Source: Lama glama | Lineage: Eukaryota | Assembly: GCA_028534125.1 (NCBI GenBank) | Contig: CM052817.1 | Coordinates: forward strand, 7,442,001-7,506,000 | Direction of reading: 5' to 3' | DNA length: 64,000 nucleotides | Notes under the pieces: generated by a model | What the model was told of the DNA's origin: nothing | What the model saw: the letters and a program-made list of their open reading frames with translations, nothing else | The model's database searches: none | Made by a program: the position numbers and the translations under genes | Part shown: in pieces, positions 40,230 to 53,104 of the stretch | Position numbering within the stretch: position 1 is the stretch's first letter | How the letters are laid out: the number at the start of each line of letters is the position of its first letter

Positions 40230-40430
40230 CCTAAATGATCCCCCTAAGGGACCTCAACTTATATTTAATGAAACTGTATTCCTTTCAGATACTCGCCTAC
40301 ATCTTAGTGTGACACTTTGCCCTGCATTCGTTTGTGGCTTGTGATGGAGTCTCCTGAGACAGAAAATACACCAAAGATCTTACTTCATATGTTCAGAACT
40401 TTACTGTTGTTAAAGGGCTTCGCCATAATC
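40230..40430 (+). repeat. Left arm of a long degenerate inverted repeat
   Basis: Reverse-complement match to 41472-41680, including the perfect 19-mer tacatcttagtgtgacact (40298-40316 / 41595-41613). Confidence 0.9.
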
Positions 40431-40585
40431 TCCCCTTCCTCTTCCTCCTCCTCTTCTTCTTCCTCCTCCTCCTCATCCTCATCCTCCTCCTCTTCCTCCT
40501 TCTCCACCTCTTCCTCCTCCTCCGCCTCTTCCTACTTCCCCTCTTCCTCCTCCTCCTCTTCCTCCGTTTCCTTCTTTCTTCTTTT
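40431..40585 (+). repeat. (TCC/TCT)n polypyrimidine tract
   Basis: About 155 bp, almost purely C and T. Confidence 0.98.
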
Positions 40586-41471
40586 GTAACCCCTACATGT
40601 CTAATAAAAATAGACATTGAGTGTTTTTCTTTCTTTGTTTTGGAAACCCAATCATGATCTTTACTCTCACTGAGACCTTATTTTTGAGGACTGTTTTCAC
40701 AAAGTGACTTTTACAAGCCAATTTTCTGGGCAGCAAAGATTTTTCAGCCACAGCTGTGGAACCCACAGTGCTGGGTCTCAGAGGTAGAATTGCTGTGGAA
40801 AATGTCTCCGCCGAGCTGCTGTTCTCCTGACCTTGTAAACCCCCGTGCAGGCGCCTGTCTCCTCGGCCATCTCAAATTGCTACAGGAAGAGGCGATGACA
40901 GTTTGGTTTCTCCCAGTGCCCTGAGTTATGAGTAATTTTGCTAGATTCTTGTCATTTTCTGGCAGTTTTCATGAAGTTGTGCTGAATTTGCAAACAAAGG
41001 CAAGAGACAAACAATGGTCTGAGCTGCCCTGCGATTACCTCATTAAACTGCAGCCTGCTGGAAGCTTTCCTGCTTTTAGCAAAGAACACATCTGAGCTCT
41101 GCAATGATGTCACCATCTAAAAGTCCTTCCACACTGCTTGGAACGATGAAGCTGTCCCACGTGCAACTAACCCATTTTTTAAATTCATTAAATATATAAG
41201 GAAGGAAAAATAGGAAAGAGCAAAAAATTCCTCCAGTTTTCAGAAAGGCTGAGTTTCAGATCTCCTGCTGCTGTTTCAGACCTGGCACCACGGAGCACTT
41301 TCCCTGAGTCCTTCAACACTCCGTTAGCTCTCTGGAACCTGGCTACACTGATGCCTTTCTGTCTGGGGAGTCCACTGGGCTCCGCCCCTGTCTCCTGTCA
41401 CCTGTCCAGGGACAGGGTTGTGGGGCATGCTCTCCAAAATCGTTTTTAGTTTCAGAAGTATGCATACATGG

Positions 41472-41680
41472 GATTATGGGAAAGCTCTTAAACAGAGAGA
41501 AAGTCCTGAACAGGTGAATTAAGGTCCCCAGCACATTTTCCCTCTCAGTACACTCCATCGTAATCCACAGACAAAAGCAGGGCGGAGTAAAATGAGTGTC
41601 ACACTAAGATGTAAGATAGACTGTAAGACAAATAGTGTGTCATCCCACACAGGCTGGGGCCCGCAGGTGACTCATTTAGG
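41472..41680 (-). repeat. Right arm of the long degenerate inverted repeat
   Basis: Ungapped hand alignment gives 74/105 identities against 40326-40430, plus the 19-bp perfect block. Confidence 0.9.
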
Positions 41681-42169
41681 GGGACTCAGCTTCCCCATAT
41701 ATGAGTTACGATGAAATAGACCAACCCATCATTCTCGCAGGTCATTAGATTACAGGAGGTCATTTTTTATTTTAGATAATTAATATATAAACACATTGTA
41801 TTTTAAGTAGACCATTTAAGAAAACTTGAAGTGTACGGAATGAGTTGCCCCAAGTGAAACAGTGTTGCGTCATTTGAAGGATCTGTCCCCAAACAAACAC
41901 CACCTGGATTCACAACCCTGTAAACTGAGGCGTTTGACCCATGCTCAATATATTCACCTTGAAAATGGGGTAGTGAGACCTAATTTGCAGGGTTAATGTA
42001 AAACAATACAGTAAAATGATACGTCATACAGAATGTGTCTGGCACATCATATTTGATAAATAAGTACTCGTTTCCTTTACATTTTTTAACTCTTCTGTGT
42101 TATGGAATTCTATGTGATTGGAGACATAAAAATGACATTAAAATAAAAATTTTTGACAAAGAGCAGTAA

Positions 42170-43705
42170 CAGCAGCCAAAGAAGCAGGTTCCCAGCCTTG
42201 AAGTTCTTCAATTCCGGAGGGAGACCAACCTCCTAGGCAGGCACGGACCAAGCCTCGCCCAGGGCAGGACCCTGTCTGCAGCAGTCTCCGTCTTGGCCTG
42301 TTTGATCATAACTTCTGGAGGAGGCCTGGGCTTCCAGGGCAGAAAGAGTTGCAGCAAAACTTCTTCCCCAGCAGCTCCAAGAAGATGCTTTGCCCCTGCC
42401 TCCGGGCTGTGCCCTCCCTGAAGGTCACCCGTTGATCCTTCAGACAGAAGATACCTTCTATGAAGGTTCCAGCAAGCCACAAACTGGCCCTCTCAGAAGC
42501 TGCCCATGGAGTAAAAAGAGGGAGAAACTCCGCCTCCAGGGCAGCCTTTCTGCCTTGAGGAGAGGGGACCACACCTCACATCTTTCTATAGAATGAAAAG
42601 AAGTGGTGCTGCCTCTCCCAGACCAGGAGGATGCATGCACCCTATCTGAGCAGAGAGACAGGCTGGTCCCCCGCAAGGCAAGTGGAGCCTTCCCTAGATA
42701 ATCTGAGCTATGTATGTCTTCCTGACCTGCAGCAAGTGGCATGTGATGCTGACAGCGTGCCCCAGACTGGCCCCTCCCACCTTCATTCCCAGGATGAAGT
42801 TGTCCATGTCCTTCTATGGACCAGGTGTTCCTCTTGCTGTTGCTGCGGACGCTGCTGAACAAACCACCTTGATCACATAGAAATTATGAGAGAAAGCACC
42901 CACCCTGAGGCCAAGCTTATGAAAAGACTGAAACCCACTGGGGCTGCTGGCAGTGGTGACTCTCTCCCCTTGGGGAAATATCCTCCTGCCTTCCAACCAC
43001 ATCCTACCACTCGACATCTCCTGGGACCCAAGTTACCTTTTTCTCCTGGGTGCCTGCCCTGGTCTATGTCAGGAACATGTGACTCCTGAGACACACTCTC
43101 TCTGTGTTCACAGCCACTTAGGCATCGATCCCAATCAGAGGTAGGTAAAGGTTCTTAGCTAGCCAGAGAGAGAGTTGCTGCCATCAAAGGCACCACCACA
43201 CGTGCTCTGGAAGGCTGAGACCAAGCCCCTGATGGTCAGTGGCAGGCTCTCGGGCCCCCAGCACTCGCACTTCTGCCCACTCCCCTGGCCCTTGCGATGC
43301 ACTGCTTCAAATATGACTGCAACATCTTGACCTTTGACTTCAGCTGAATCAATCTGAACCTCATGGACCAACCTTGTGGCAATCCAAGCTCTCTTACCAA
43401 ATTGAAAGAAATTTCTGGGTTGATCAGAAACATAGCTGCTCACTTTAAGGACCAGCCCTTTCCAGAGCAACTCTGCTTTGCTGAGGTGGATGAAGCAAGC
43501 CTTATGGATGACCTGCATTATCCCCAAAATAAAGTGACCCCGAAGTCACCTTGTCTTGTCCTCTGTGTTAAGCAAAGTCCTAGAGGTGGATGGAAAATTG
43601 CTCCAATAACTGCACTCTCCGAGATGGATGATTCTGGTGGCCAGAGATCTGGGCCAAGGGAACAGTGTTCCACTCAGGGAACACCTGCCACCCCCACCCC
43701 ATAAC
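42170..43705 (+). pseudogene. Unidentified decayed coding-like segment (possible old retrocopy)
   Basis: Repeat-free and GC-richer than its flanks; dense overlapping ORFs; protein-like plus frame broken by TGA stops; no parent gene recognised. Confidence 0.3.
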
Positions 43706-45147
43706 CTAGGAAGCGTGATTCATACCCAGACATGTGGGGTCAGATGAAAGGGAAGCAGGGCCACCTCAAGCCATTCCAATCCCTCAAATACTCACTACAA
43801 TAATCACTCTTGGAAGAAAAACTACTAGGATTTAGAAAAACATCTGTACTATGTATTCTGGGAGAGCATTTGGAGAGAAAAAAAGTCTTATTGGTAAAGC
43901 AAAACAAGGTTCTATTTGCTGTGGAAGGTGTGGCTAAACACTGAGCTCTCCAAACACCACGCTGGGGTTTAGCATCTCTTTCCTGAAAACAGCACTTCCG
44001 GGGGCTCTTGGTCACTGTGATCCCACTTGGCCGGCGAGGAGCCCAAGGGGTGAGAACTGCTTTCCAGCGGAGATGGGTAGCAGAGCTGGACTGAAGAAGC
44101 CACAGTTCACAACCTTAGCTCTCAGTGAAAGTGAACTTGAAGACAAAGCCCCAGGCAACACGACGACTTCCTACGCTGCAAGCATTTTTTTCCAGATCAC
44201 ATCTCATATATCCCACTATTCACAGTCATCACATGGAACGCTGAGCTTGTGATGACTTCACCCCCGATTATTCAAAGACTATTACAGTTGCTTATTGATG
44301 GGTTGGACAAGAGGTGCTGGCTTTCTGAGAAGAATAAAAGAAGCATTCAGTGTGAGTTATTTGCACCCTGCTACATCCACCCCTTTCTTGCTTACCTTTG
44401 AGGACAACAGAAAAAATCAGGTTAGACAGCTAAACCCAAACTGTGAGCCCTACATCTTGGCTTGAGTCTGGAGACCAGGACTATAGTTCTTGGAGAAAAA
44501 CTGGAATCTTTTTCCTAGGAGCTATTAATTCGGCATACAGACTGTTATAAAATTGAAGTTATATGGCTGAGTAAAATTTCCCGACTACACATGAAGATTC
44601 TTCCACTACTAGGAGAAGAGGGGTTGGGTTTATTCATATTTATAACTTGGATTCATAATATAAAGTGGTCACACGTTAACCACTGGTAGAACGATTGAGC
44701 AAATTAATAAGAAATGAAAAGCAGTGATTGAGTACGAAGTATGACTTGAGGGCAGCCAGACCAGAAACTGGAGAATCACGACCTCAGTAGTCAAGTCATG
44801 GATGGACCAAAAACTTTCGTCAAGGGTGGAAGGAACACCCCAAGGGGAATCAATGGAAGTAAAGGGGGTTAAGATTGCAGAGGGAGTCTCAAGAAGGAAC
44901 ATTTACAAGCTTTAGGTCAGACCAAATTCACTCAATACCCCATTATTTATAAATTGCATGACCTTGGTAAGTTTACTTACAATTTCTAAAATTAATCTCT
45001 ATGAGATTAAGTCAATTTCCTTTTTTGAAAAACAAATAATAGAGGTGATTGTCATGATACGTTGAGACATGTTTACTTCTTTTAATACAAATTAACGATA
45101 TATAACATAAGTTTGAAAATAAGGCTTAACATAAGTTTGAAGAGATG

Positions 45148-45276
45148 CAGGTACGCCTCAGAGATATTCAGTCCCAGACCAACACAATAAAGCGAGAATC
45201 ATAATAAAGTGAGTCATGTGATTTTTTTTTTTAGTTTCCCAGTGCATATGAAAGTTATGTTTACACTCTACTGCAG
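45148..45276 (-). mobile_element. Tigger1-like terminal fragment
   Basis: caggtacgcctcagagatattc...ccagaccaacacaataaagcga...tttcccagtgcatatgaaagttatgtttacact. Confidence 0.85.
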
Positions 45277-45564
45277 CCAACCATCCATGCAGCTCCTATT
45301 GTCATTACCCCGTGAGAAATGGGGATGTAGGTACTTGAAGGAAAAGTAGAAGGTAAAATGGCCACTATTTCTAGGGAAGCCTGAGTGTTACACACGGGAT
45401 TGTTGAATCACTCTAGGTGGCGACATCTTTGAACGTCTGAGGAAGGAAAATGTAGATTTGATGAGAACAAAGAAATCAATTAGTTTTTGGATTGTACAAT
45501 ATGAAATATATGATACTCTGTCACTTGGATGTACACAAAACAGAAATTTCATCTATTTCATAGA

Positions 45565-45980
45565 GCAGAGTCTTCCTGCAGTGAACTGCTCCGTTCACAA
45601 TAATTCTGCTTTCTCCAGGGATTGCTCTCACATGGCAGTAGCCACGTTACTACCTAAATGGCCATCCCGCTCATGGCCATGTCTGATGGATGAATAGTAT
45701 GCACCTAGCCCAGTCTGATCCACTTAGATATCCAAGGAATGGCAGGGAGGGACAAAGAGGCAGGAAGTTGTAAAGCTGAGTCAGGGTAACAGCAGGCTGC
45801 CAGGTAGAAGATCCAGATGCCTCAGCTGTTCCAAGTCCTGGAATCTCCTTAGCTACTTTCCCTCCCATGTTGTTGACACCCTCTCCTACACCACCAGACA
45901 CTTGAATGCCCATGCGAATATTTTTCTTTTCTCCTTAAGCTAACCAGGCCCAGATTTCATCACTCAAAATTAAGTGACAT
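45565..45980 (+). mobile_element. Old MaLR LTR (MLT1-type)
   Basis: catggccatgtctgatgg ... ctcagctgttccaag ... ttttctccttaagcta. Confidence 0.55.
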
Positions 45981-48900
45981 AAACAAATACAGTCATCTGG
46001 TGCTAAAACAGGGGTCCAGGCTGAGTTCTCTGAACTTAAGAATTCCTTATACTTGCCCACCATTACGTAATCAGTGTTAGTAATGTCTCAGTCATTGAAT
46101 GGGAGTTTGGTAAACACTGAAAAAAGAGAGAAGTAAATGAATGAATGACGAAATAAAAGATACTTAAATAAACTAAGTGCAAAATTTTGCTTTCACTTTT
46201 TTATCTTCACGTGGGAGATGAAAAATGCATGGTTTTTAGTTGATTCTAAAGTCAACCCCTGTCCCAAGAAGTGTGGCAAGCATTCACTTAGAGAGTAATG
46301 AGAACACCACAGGTGCAAATGCCCCCCACATTGTTTGTTAACAACCTCATGTATAGGAGACATTTGTTAACCGAGCCACATCCTTGAAAGCCCGAGCACA
46401 GAGAGTGGGAAAAATAAAGGCTTGAACACACCTGAACAAGGCGCTTGGAACTCTAGCTTTTTCTAAAATCCCTCTTCACAATTATTTGACCATCCAACTG
46501 GGCAATGAAACATGTCTGTCTTTTGGCATCATTTTCAAAGGCCAATCTTGACAATGACTGATGAGAGGAACCAATAAAATAGATGTTTCACCATCTAAAT
46601 TTGAAACCAGCTGAGACAGAGTTAGAAATAAGGTCAAGGGAAATGAAAATCTTTTCGTGGCTGCTGTTAAAGGCTGTTTATCAAGAGGATGTGGCTAACT
46701 GTATAAGAACAGTGCCTCCAAACAGTCACATGCAATTCTTGACCAGGGTGAGGTGTTTACCAGACTTACGGCCGGACCTCTGGCACATCAAAACACGCAT
46801 GCTCTGTTGATGGGCAGATTCCTAAAAAGAGAGAAGGGAAGAGGACTAAACCAAAACTGCCCTCAGCTCTTTACATAGGTCAACAACAATGGGAAAAATT
46901 GTGGGAAGTGGAGAGGGGACAGGAAGTTCACACAAATGGGTTTCCCTCCACTTGGAAACAATAGGCCTGGGAAAAGAAAGTTCCTCATTCAAATGGGATA
47001 TTTTCTTTTGTTGTGTTGCTATTTTTTGCAGGGTAAAGAGGTATAGTGTAGAAAGGGTGTGAAGGCTTTAGCAAATAGGTCTGCAATCAAATTATAACTG
47101 TGCTACTTAAATCTCTGAGAGGTTACCTGACCTCTCTGAGTACAGATTCTAGACGTATAGAAGCACTCAATCTACACCCTTACACAGATGATAAGAACAT
47201 AACATGAGATATAACTCATAACATATTCTGTGCTGAACATTATTCCTGGCACAGCATTCAGATAAATCCTTGAAAAATTAGAAAAAAAAAAGTTGTATCA
47301 AAATGGCTTTGACACAGCAGGAAGACAAAGGGAAGTTCAACATCTGACCAGTTACTCTTAATGGCAGGAACATTCAACGAGAACTTACTGTGTGGCGGGC
47401 TGTATGCAGCGGGACTGATACCGCTTGCCTTATTTAAAAGAGGTAATAAGAACAGTGTATTAGTAGTGATAAGCACCCCTTTGCACAGAAATGAAAACTG
47501 AGGATTCGAATGGCTATATAACCTAATTAAAGTCAGTCAAGCAGCTAAGCAAGAAATTCAACCCAGGTTGTCTGGGTTCAGAGACAGTACCCTTGACTAC
47601 ACGGTGTATTGTCTCCTCATGCTCAGTGAGGAAAGAAAAAGTGCATAAATAAAGGGGAAGGAGGACCCTCCAGGAATTAATGGGTCATCAATTTTGGCTC
47701 AGGCGCTAAGGAACCTTGATCATCTTCATATTCTTCTCCAAGGCTGACTCTGTGTTTCCACATGAAAGTTTCCTTTCTTCTTTGACCCTGGCAAGGCTAC
47801 CCCTGCAATGAGGGATTAAACTTTGAACATTGAAAGAACCCAACAAACAGCTCCAGGAATAACAGTTCAGGTGAGTAGAAAGACTGATTCAGAATGCGAA
47901 TTTTAAAAAGGAATAAGTTTCAAAGGTATTTCAAATCTTGGCCAAGTAACAAGGAAAAAAAAAAAAGATGTGATTGCAACCTGTGCATATTTTAGAGCCC
48001 GAAAAAGAAGAATGAGTGGAATGTATAATATTAGTTCCTTTATTTCTTTACTTTTTTTTTTTTTAAGTTACATTTAGGAAGCTAAAGTAAATCCAAGAAA
48101 GAGACCACAGAGGGACTAGACTTTGAAAATGTCTTTAGATATTTAGAGCTGGACCCAGAGCTAAGATCTGGCAAGTCTCCCACAGAGAAAAAGAATAATG
48201 ATTCAAAGGCTGGGAAAATATCCCTCGGTTTCCTCTTAAGGATTTTGTCATGTTCAAACTGGATGAAGAAGGCTAAATCCTAAGTCAATAGCAGGCTTAT
48301 GTAAATAGTACACTGTTGGCATGGGTGAGAAAAGGAGACTGCCTAAGACATCCTGAAAGTTATTCTGTTTCCTCCAAGGAAATAGGTTTAAGTGACGGAA
48401 AGTCATATTGAGTGTAATACCCAGTTCGAGTAAACTAGTATGAATTCATTACTATGGGAAACTGGGGAAATCTGAAGGTAAATGTTTCCCATGGGTGTAT
48501 CTGGGAAAAGAGGTATGGAACACCTCTAGCAAATGGATCAACCTAAATGTAGGGGTCTACATAATGTCTGACATCATATTATTTGTTCAAGGATAATAAT
48601 GATCATTTTGTTGAAATTCAATTTCTATCTAGTGAAGTGGGAAATACATTAAAAACAAAACAAACAAACAAAAAAACCTCAATGCAGAAAAGGCAAAGCA
48701 ACACACTCAGCTCTGTGAAGTTGTTTTTGTTTCTGTTTTCTGATCCTACCATCATCAAATCGGTTGCTTGTCAGCTAATTTGCAGGAAAATAAGAACTGT
48801 ACTTGGGATTAGGGGTTCTAAATTTGAAGGGCAGTTTAGATGCTGAATTTCTGTGTGGTAGACTATTTTGTTTAAATATGCACTGATCCTGATCTCACCC

Positions 48901-49705
48901 ACCCATACAAGGCCCCTCCATGCTGCCTTCATTTAGAAGAAGAAAAAGTCAGGGAAGAAAGCACTGTGTCTTGGGGGATATGCTCAAATACACTTTGCAT
49001 TGTTTTTAATGGGTCATTGGGTAAAAAATCAGAACTTTAGAAGGCAATTCAGAAGCACTTGCAACAACTACTTGTATTTTTACTCAAGAGCACATTAAAC
49101 AATAACAAGATATTAGCTTTTCTTCGTTCCTTAGTCCCCAGTTGGCGAGGTTTTTCTTCTTAAAAAAAAAAAAAAGTCAATGATTTAAGCAGGATTTCTA
49201 TAACCCAAACGTTATACAGTTTGCCAGGGGAGAAGATTTATCATTCACAGGCAAACACATACACAACACCTGGTCACTAACTTTCACTCTTGAGGTGACC
49301 CCTCCCCAACTCTCAATTTACTCCTGAGATGACCGTTGGTGGTGAAATTCAGTTACAGTTGCTACTTTCTCGTTCAGATGTCTGAGATTTGGACTTTTGA
49401 TTGTCCCTAACAGAAGTAACACAAGCCAGAAAGCAAGCAAGACTTCTCAAGTTACAGAATAAGACATAGAGCCATCTCACCTCTTATTATAAAAATTCTC
49501 AGCAGAATGAATTAGATCGTCATGTTGTTACGGTTAAGCACACCTCAAGACAGACTCCCACATGGTGTCCACGGGTGAGGGAGGAAAACGTGTACTGATA
49601 AATTCCCAGACACCTCCCGGCATCCTTTATGAATAAGAAGAATTGATCGTCAGTGTAAAGCAACAAAGTTACATTCAAATGCTAATATTATAGACAATGC
49701 TTACT

Positions 49706-50085
49706 GTGTCATTCAGAAAGAAGTAGGTTATGCTGCAGTAACACATAACCCCCAAATTTCAGTCCGTTTAAAGCAATGAAATAGCTGTTTGCTGTTCACA
49801 AGCCACTGTGGGTTGGCAAGGCTAGCATACTCCTCCGTTTCTGATTTAGGATGCAGAGTTGGATAAAGTCTCACTGTCCAGAAGACCTTCTAGCTGCACA
49901 GCACAGAAACGGGCAAGACAGCGAATCACATCCCAGATGTGACACTCTTCTTCCCAGAGGAGACACGTGTATTTCATTGACCTAGATAAGTGGTCTGATA
50001 GTGTCTAAACTTGAACGCATGGAGGAACTAAACTCTGACCATGTACCTAGAGGAAGAGAACTAGAAATACGAGTGAGCAGAATTT
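49706..50085 (-). mobile_element. Old MaLR LTR (MLT1I/J/K-like)
   Basis: taggttatgctgcagtaacacataacccccaaatttcagt ... ccatgtacctagaggaagagaactagaaata. Confidence 0.8.
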
Positions 50086-51755
50086 GTATCCCACTGACAA
50101 AAAGAGTTACTCAAGGGTTTGAGGGCAGCGACAGAACTTTCTTCAGTGTGAAACTCATGTGGTTTATAATAATCTTCCATTCAGTTGTAGACTGTTTTGT
50201 TGACTGTTCATTTATTTACTGCTGTTAATTTATTTTTAATTAAGCATCTCCTTAATTCAGATTCTATATAAAGCTTCGGAGATTTATACATAAGATTTCT
50301 GCTCTCCGTTTGCTCTATTTTTTAGGTTTTTACAGCCTTCTCTGTAAAAACAAAATATATGCAACCTAGGCAGGAAAAAAGCTAATCTGGGCAGGCTTTC
50401 TGAGGAATGCAACATCAGAGTAAACTTTTACAACATGAGGAGGTGTTACAAAGGCACCTGGATAGAGAAGTAACAGAAGCATGTGTATTCCAGACCAGAA
50501 AAAAAAATTATATTCCAGATGCTTGTGGTAGGCAGTTTCTTGGGAGGTATTCATTTAAAAACTCACTTTTTGTCTCAACTAATACTTGAAAAAAATTAAA
50601 AAATCGCAATACTGTATTTACTATTTTAGAGATCAGAGGTCTTCATTTTTCACAGACATGCACAAGAAAGCACAGAGATGTAAACATTCATCAGTATCTG
50701 AATGGACGGTGGATGGTGTCCTGCAGAAGGTTTTTGATATGCACGGAGGTTTCACCAAGGAATGGGAACCAAATCCACCTGGAGAGTTCAGAGCTTGCCC
50801 TGAGGCCTTAAAAGAACTGTCTCCTCTTTTCAATGCCTCCTGCGTTCCCTGGAACCGCTGTCAGAATGTAGAAAAGCCCAGCTGCCCTTGCAGAAGGGAA
50901 GAAAATACAGAGAGTTGAGAGTGTAAGGAAGGTAATTTGAAAAGAATTTATTTGAATAATTATTATTTTATGTTATAATCTTTGGGACACTGGTTGGTCC
51001 CCTTTTTACCTGTAAGACCACTGCCCCATTTGAATAATGGATTAGTACCTCAGAGTGCTGCTAAGCACCAACACATCTTGCCACCACCAAGGACTTAGAG
51101 CACCGTTGAGAATAAATGGAAAGTAATCAAAAGAATCTGGCTTTTAGAGACGCTCTAATTCTGAACCCAGGCACCACGAGAGAAGATCATTTGTCCGCGC
51201 TGAATTTGTATTTCCTCATCTATACAGTGGAGCCAGTAACTACATCAGAAATGTGGGAGGATTAAATGAGATCAATGAAAGCAGAAGATTCAACATCGGT
51301 AACAATGTCCTCCGTGACACTTTGACATTAGCTTTCTCTGAACTCCTGTGGTGGGAATAGCTGGTTCCATCTAATTTAACAGGCCATTACATGCACTCAG
51401 TGGCATGCCGTCCAACAAAGAATTTCATGGTGTTTTACAGTTGACAGAATCTTGCATGTATTATCTGATTTTCATGACCTTGACCCTCCCCAGTCTCTGT
51501 GAACAAGCCGTTGTCCTCACCACATCCATTTACAGTTGCACAAACATGCCAAGCTCATAATGATTATAAGTGACAGAGTAGGATTAATCAGAAAACCTGG
51601 AATTCAGCTCAAATTCTGACAAAAAACTGCAGCTTGGTCTTAGAAAAGTCACTGGATTTTGAGTCTCAATTTTTTCATCTCTAAAATGGGCATAATTATG
51701 ATTGAAATATCTTATACAGTTGGTGAGAAGATTAAGCGATATAAGCTATAAAGCA

Positions 51756-51894
51756 GGGGGAGGGTGTAACTCTGTGATACAGCGCCTGCCTAGCATGCGT
51801 GAGGTCCTGGGTTCAATCCCCAGCACCTCCATTAAGTAAATAAATGAATAAATACATCTAATTACCCCCCCAAAAAATAAGCAAAAAAATAGTG
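51756..51894 (+). mobile_element. tRNA-derived SINE, camelid Vic-1 type
   Basis: B-box ggttcaatccc; A-rich tail with ctaattacc; 13-bp TSD aagctataaagca (51743-51755) / aaggtataaagca (51895-51907); inserted in a MIR. Confidence 0.9.
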
Positions 51895-52688
51895 AAGGTA
51901 TAAAGCAATTGCTCAAGGTGTATTTGTTCTCTTTACTGAAATCTTATATTTTGCTCTGCAGTCTGCTATAAAGTCTATCATCTATTTTAAGCTATTGTCT
52001 GTCTTATTCAACTTGATGCATCAAGGAAAGAACTGTCCAAGGAGTAAAATATGATCATAGGAAATGTATATTTACACATCGTACATATATATCATATTTA
52101 TAGGCACATTCACATTAATATAGTTATATAAAATTTTTCAAAAACATTTGTATATAAATTATATTATTCACACTAGTATTAGTATGAATATGATAATATT
52201 CATATTATAAATTAGGATGATTATAAAATTTAGAATGATACAGATTACATGCAGCAATATGACTTATAGATACATATGCCTTTTTAGATATAAGCATTTT
52301 GATATCAAGTATATCGTATGCACCATGTGTGCTTATATATTGTACACTTATCAGGACATTCTGGCAGAATTAGACGAGAACAGAGCGTAGGTTGTATGTG
52401 CAAAAAAATAAGCACGACTACTGCACTAACACTGGAGTTGAATATTGCCAAAGGGAGGAGATGCAAACGTCATTCGCCCCCACTCCCAGGCACGCGCGTG
52501 CGCACACGCACACACACACGTACATACCACTACCACCACCACCACCAAAAACAACAGTATTAATTGGTAGACAAAGGTTTGCTGGAATGCAGAAAGGAGC
52601 CCTGAAATAAATAGAACCAATGTCCAGAGTCTTCTCTGACCAAATGGCAGCTCATCTGGCCACCGGCCCTGCTGGAGTCTCTGAGGTC

Positions 52689-53104
52689 TTGGTGGGTAGA
52701 ATAACAGCTTCCCCAAAGTTGTCTGTGTCCTGATGCCCAACCTATGACTGCATCACCTTCCATGGAAAAGAGGGTTTTGTAGATGTGATTAAGTTAAGAC
52801 TCTTGGGATGGGAAGATGATCCTGGAATTAGATGGACCCAGGATAATGACAAGGGTCCTTATACGTGAAAGAGGGAAGCCAACTCGAGCCCAGGAGTGTG
52901 CGTTGCATCTAGAAGTGAGAAGAGGCAAGGAACGGACTCTCCCCGAAAGCCTCCAGAGGAAACCCAGGTCTCCTAACCCTGGGATTTTACCTCTGTAAGA
53001 CCCACTGCAGAATCCGACCATGGAAATGTGAAGATAATAAAGTCATGCTTCCTTAAGCCGCTCTTTGTGTGAATGTGTTACAGCAGCAGCAAGAAACCAA
53101 TACA
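52689..53104 (+). mobile_element. MaLR LTR (MLT1D-like)
   Basis: gtagatgtgattaagttaaga...gggaagatgatcctgga ... gttacagcagcagcaagaaaccaataca. Confidence 0.9.

Noticed and set aside
40317..40617. Poly-Ser ORF and protamine-like Arg/Lys ORF
   Set aside because: Both are translations of the (TCC)n tract
43320..43410. LTFDF-x7-MDQ resembles a bornavirus nucleoprotein motif as I recall it
   Set aside because: The similarity does not extend on either side; too short to call an endogenous viral element without a search
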